Of a DNA stretch of 40,707 bases, positions 35,501 through 38,500 are shown one piece after another. The notes under the pieces were generated by a model that saw nothing but the letters and a program-made list of their open reading frames with translations, did not search any database and was not told the origin of the DNA. Origin of the DNA: an uncultured Christensenella sp. (GTDB lineage: Bacteria; Bacillota; Clostridia; Christensenellales; UBA1242); contig CAYJEF010000001.1 of NCBI GenBank assembly GCA_964369125.1, positions 1 to 40,707 on the forward strand. Reading direction: 5' to 3'. How positions within the stretch are numbered: position 1 is the stretch's first letter; the number at the start of each line of letters is the position of its first letter. Made by a program: the position numbers and the translations under genes.

Positions 35501-38500
35501 CACAACAGCGCGTCACTTTCGGGTGGCGGAATGTATTATGTGAGTTCCAGTGTAAAAATCTTTGACAATACGTTAATAATTTTGAACATCGCTGGCGCTA
35601 TGGGTGGCGGGATATATTCTGGCGCCGATTCGGTGACAAATATCGGGCTTATTGACAGCACAAACATTAGCATTTCGGGCAACAGTGTCACCGAGAGCGA
35701 TAGTTATGGCGGTGGCATCTATATGGCATATTCGTCCAAACTCACCATTCAATCCGCCACCATTTCGGGAAACAGTGTGAATGTAGTCAGCGGACTTGGC
35801 AGTGCAATCTACGTGGACAGCAGAACAGCGGGCGACTTCACAATAGGCAGTGGACTTGACTCAAACGGCAATATTACTACGCTGTCTCATAACCTTGTCA
35901 TTACGTCCACAGGCAGTGGTGCAAACAGCGTGTATCTATATAACGGCAGTCAAATTCATATCAACGCCGAATACAGATATTCCGGCACTCCAAACGAATC
36001 AATCGACATTACTTGCGCATACGTCTCCACCAATTACAATAGAGTTATAGCGTTCTTCTCGCAAGACGCGCGCCAAGCGAATATAGACGAGAGTTTGTTT
36101 GTTGGCAAAGACAAATTCGGCAGTGCCTATTGCTTCGTGTTAACCGAAACGCGCGAAGTTGTCATCAGTCAGCGCAATGTAGCACGCGTCAATAACGGCG
36201 TCGTCAGGTTCTTCACGAGCCTAGAAAGTGCCGTGTCCAATATCGACGTCGACAGTCCAGACGAAACATTCATTATCCTTTTAAACAACATTATTGTTAC
36301 AAATGCAATGACCATTTCAAATGCAAACAAAGTGACCATAAAATCTGGCGACATTTCGTCTACCTATGAAATTCTTGAGGTCGGCAGTCCATTCACAATT
36401 TCGCGCCACCAATATGATTTTGACACAAAGATTTTTGAAATATCGTCAAAATCTCTTGCGGGCTCAATGGTAAATATCGAGTTTGTAAACTTTGCAAGTG
36501 CAGGCGTCTCGTCCAGTCTCAGTCAAATTGTTGTCACAGGTGGCACCGTCAATGTCTCACAAGTAAATTTCACAAATCTCTTTGGTGGCGGATCGGCAGT
36601 TGAGGCGACGGGTGGGAGTTTGAATATTTCAGACGTCAACATCTCTTTAAGCAGTGCGGGCAATGGGCTTATTTCTGTATTAGGTTCCGCAAGTGCCACG
36701 ATAACAAATTCCACAATCACAGGCGACAGCGCAAACACGGTGACGAACGGTGCGCTATACGTAAATACCACAGGCACGGTCAATGTGGATAACACTATAA
36801 TAACGGGCATAATTGCCACGAATAACGGCGGGGCAGTTAATCTTCAAAATGGCACGCTAAACTACACAATGACCTCGTTTGACACCCCTGCAATTTATGG
36901 AAACACAGCACAAAACGGCGGTGGCATCTATATTTCAGGTGGAAACATAAACTTCACGAACATTAAAATTAGCGGAAACACGGCAGTGAATGGCGGTGGC
37001 GTCTACGTAGAGACTGGCACCATAACCATAGAAAACGCAAAAATTATGAGCAACACGGCAACAAACGGCGGTGGCGTGTTTGTGAACACTTTTGCAAGCC
37101 TTACTTTAAAAGCGGACGTAACAAACAACGAACAAGCGTCGCTTGGCGGTGGCGTTTACAGCGCGGGGGATCTCACTCTCGCGGGGACTTATATTGCTTC
37201 AAACTCTGCCGAAAGCGGTGGTGGCGTTTACATTGCGTCAGGTCAATTTACGACCTCTTTGGTGGAGGGAGTAAGCGCTCGCATCACTTCAAACACAGCC
37301 AGTAGTTTTGGTGGTGGAATATATCTAAAATCTATCGCAACTCTTGGACACTCGCTGGAAGTAACCTCAAACACGGCACTAAACGGGGGTGGTGTGTGCG
37401 TCGAAAACACGTCTGTCACAATAAACGGTGCGGTCATTTCGCAAAACTTTGCTACAGGTTCGCAAACTGGCAGTGCTGGCGGTGGCGTATATCTTCGTTC
37501 TGGGCAACTTTATCTCACTTCTGGACAAATCACAGGAAACACTGCGCTCTCCACGGACACAAGCACCGGCAGCGGCGGCGGAATATATGTAGCGTCTGGC
37601 GAATTTACGCTAAACGGCACTTACGAAATATCTGAGAACACTGCCAAATTGGGCGGAGGAATATTTCACTCCTCGGGGTCCATAAACTTTACCAGTGGCG
37701 TTATCGGCTCCGAGACAAATGTTCTAGCGACTAGTGAAAACAATTCCAACTCTGCCGATTATGGTGGCGGAATTTACGTTAGTTCGGGTATGCTAACCAT
37801 AATCGGTGGCAAAGTGCAAAACTGCTACGCGACCTATGGCGGTGGCATCTACGTTGCTGGCGGAACAATATCAATTCGCGCTGTCGAAGTATCTTATTGC
37901 TCGGCAGAAGAGGGTGGCGCAATTTATTACAACAAGGACGACGAGCAAATTGTCCTAACCGAAATAAACCTCATCAGTAACATTGCGGAAAATGGTGGCG
38001 GATTGTATGTGAACTCTACAAGTGTCATCACTTTGTATAATTCAAATGTCAGCGCAAACGAAGCGCAAGCAGGTGGCGGAGTGTTTGTTTATAAAGGCAC
38101 TTTAAAACTCGACGGACCAAACTCAATTATTGGCACCATAACTGCTTTGGGCGCAAACACAGCAGACAACGGTGGTGGCGTATATGTGGACGCTCTTGGA
38201 AAGTTACTCGTCGTGGACGGCAAAATTTCTAACAACACGGCGGACAATGGCGGTGGCGTATATGTTGCCTCAGGCGACTTTGGCACTCTTGGCAGTATTG
38301 AAATGACGCTCGGAGAAATATCCGGTAATAATGCAATAAACGGCGGTGGCATATATAGCCAAGGCAGGTTCAGGTTAATATCGGGCACTTTGACAGCGAA
38401 CAATGCCACAAACGGCGGTGGCATATACTTCGCAGGCGGTGTGACAGAAGAAATATCAAACATCGAAATATTCTTGAACAATGCTACAAACGGTGGCGGT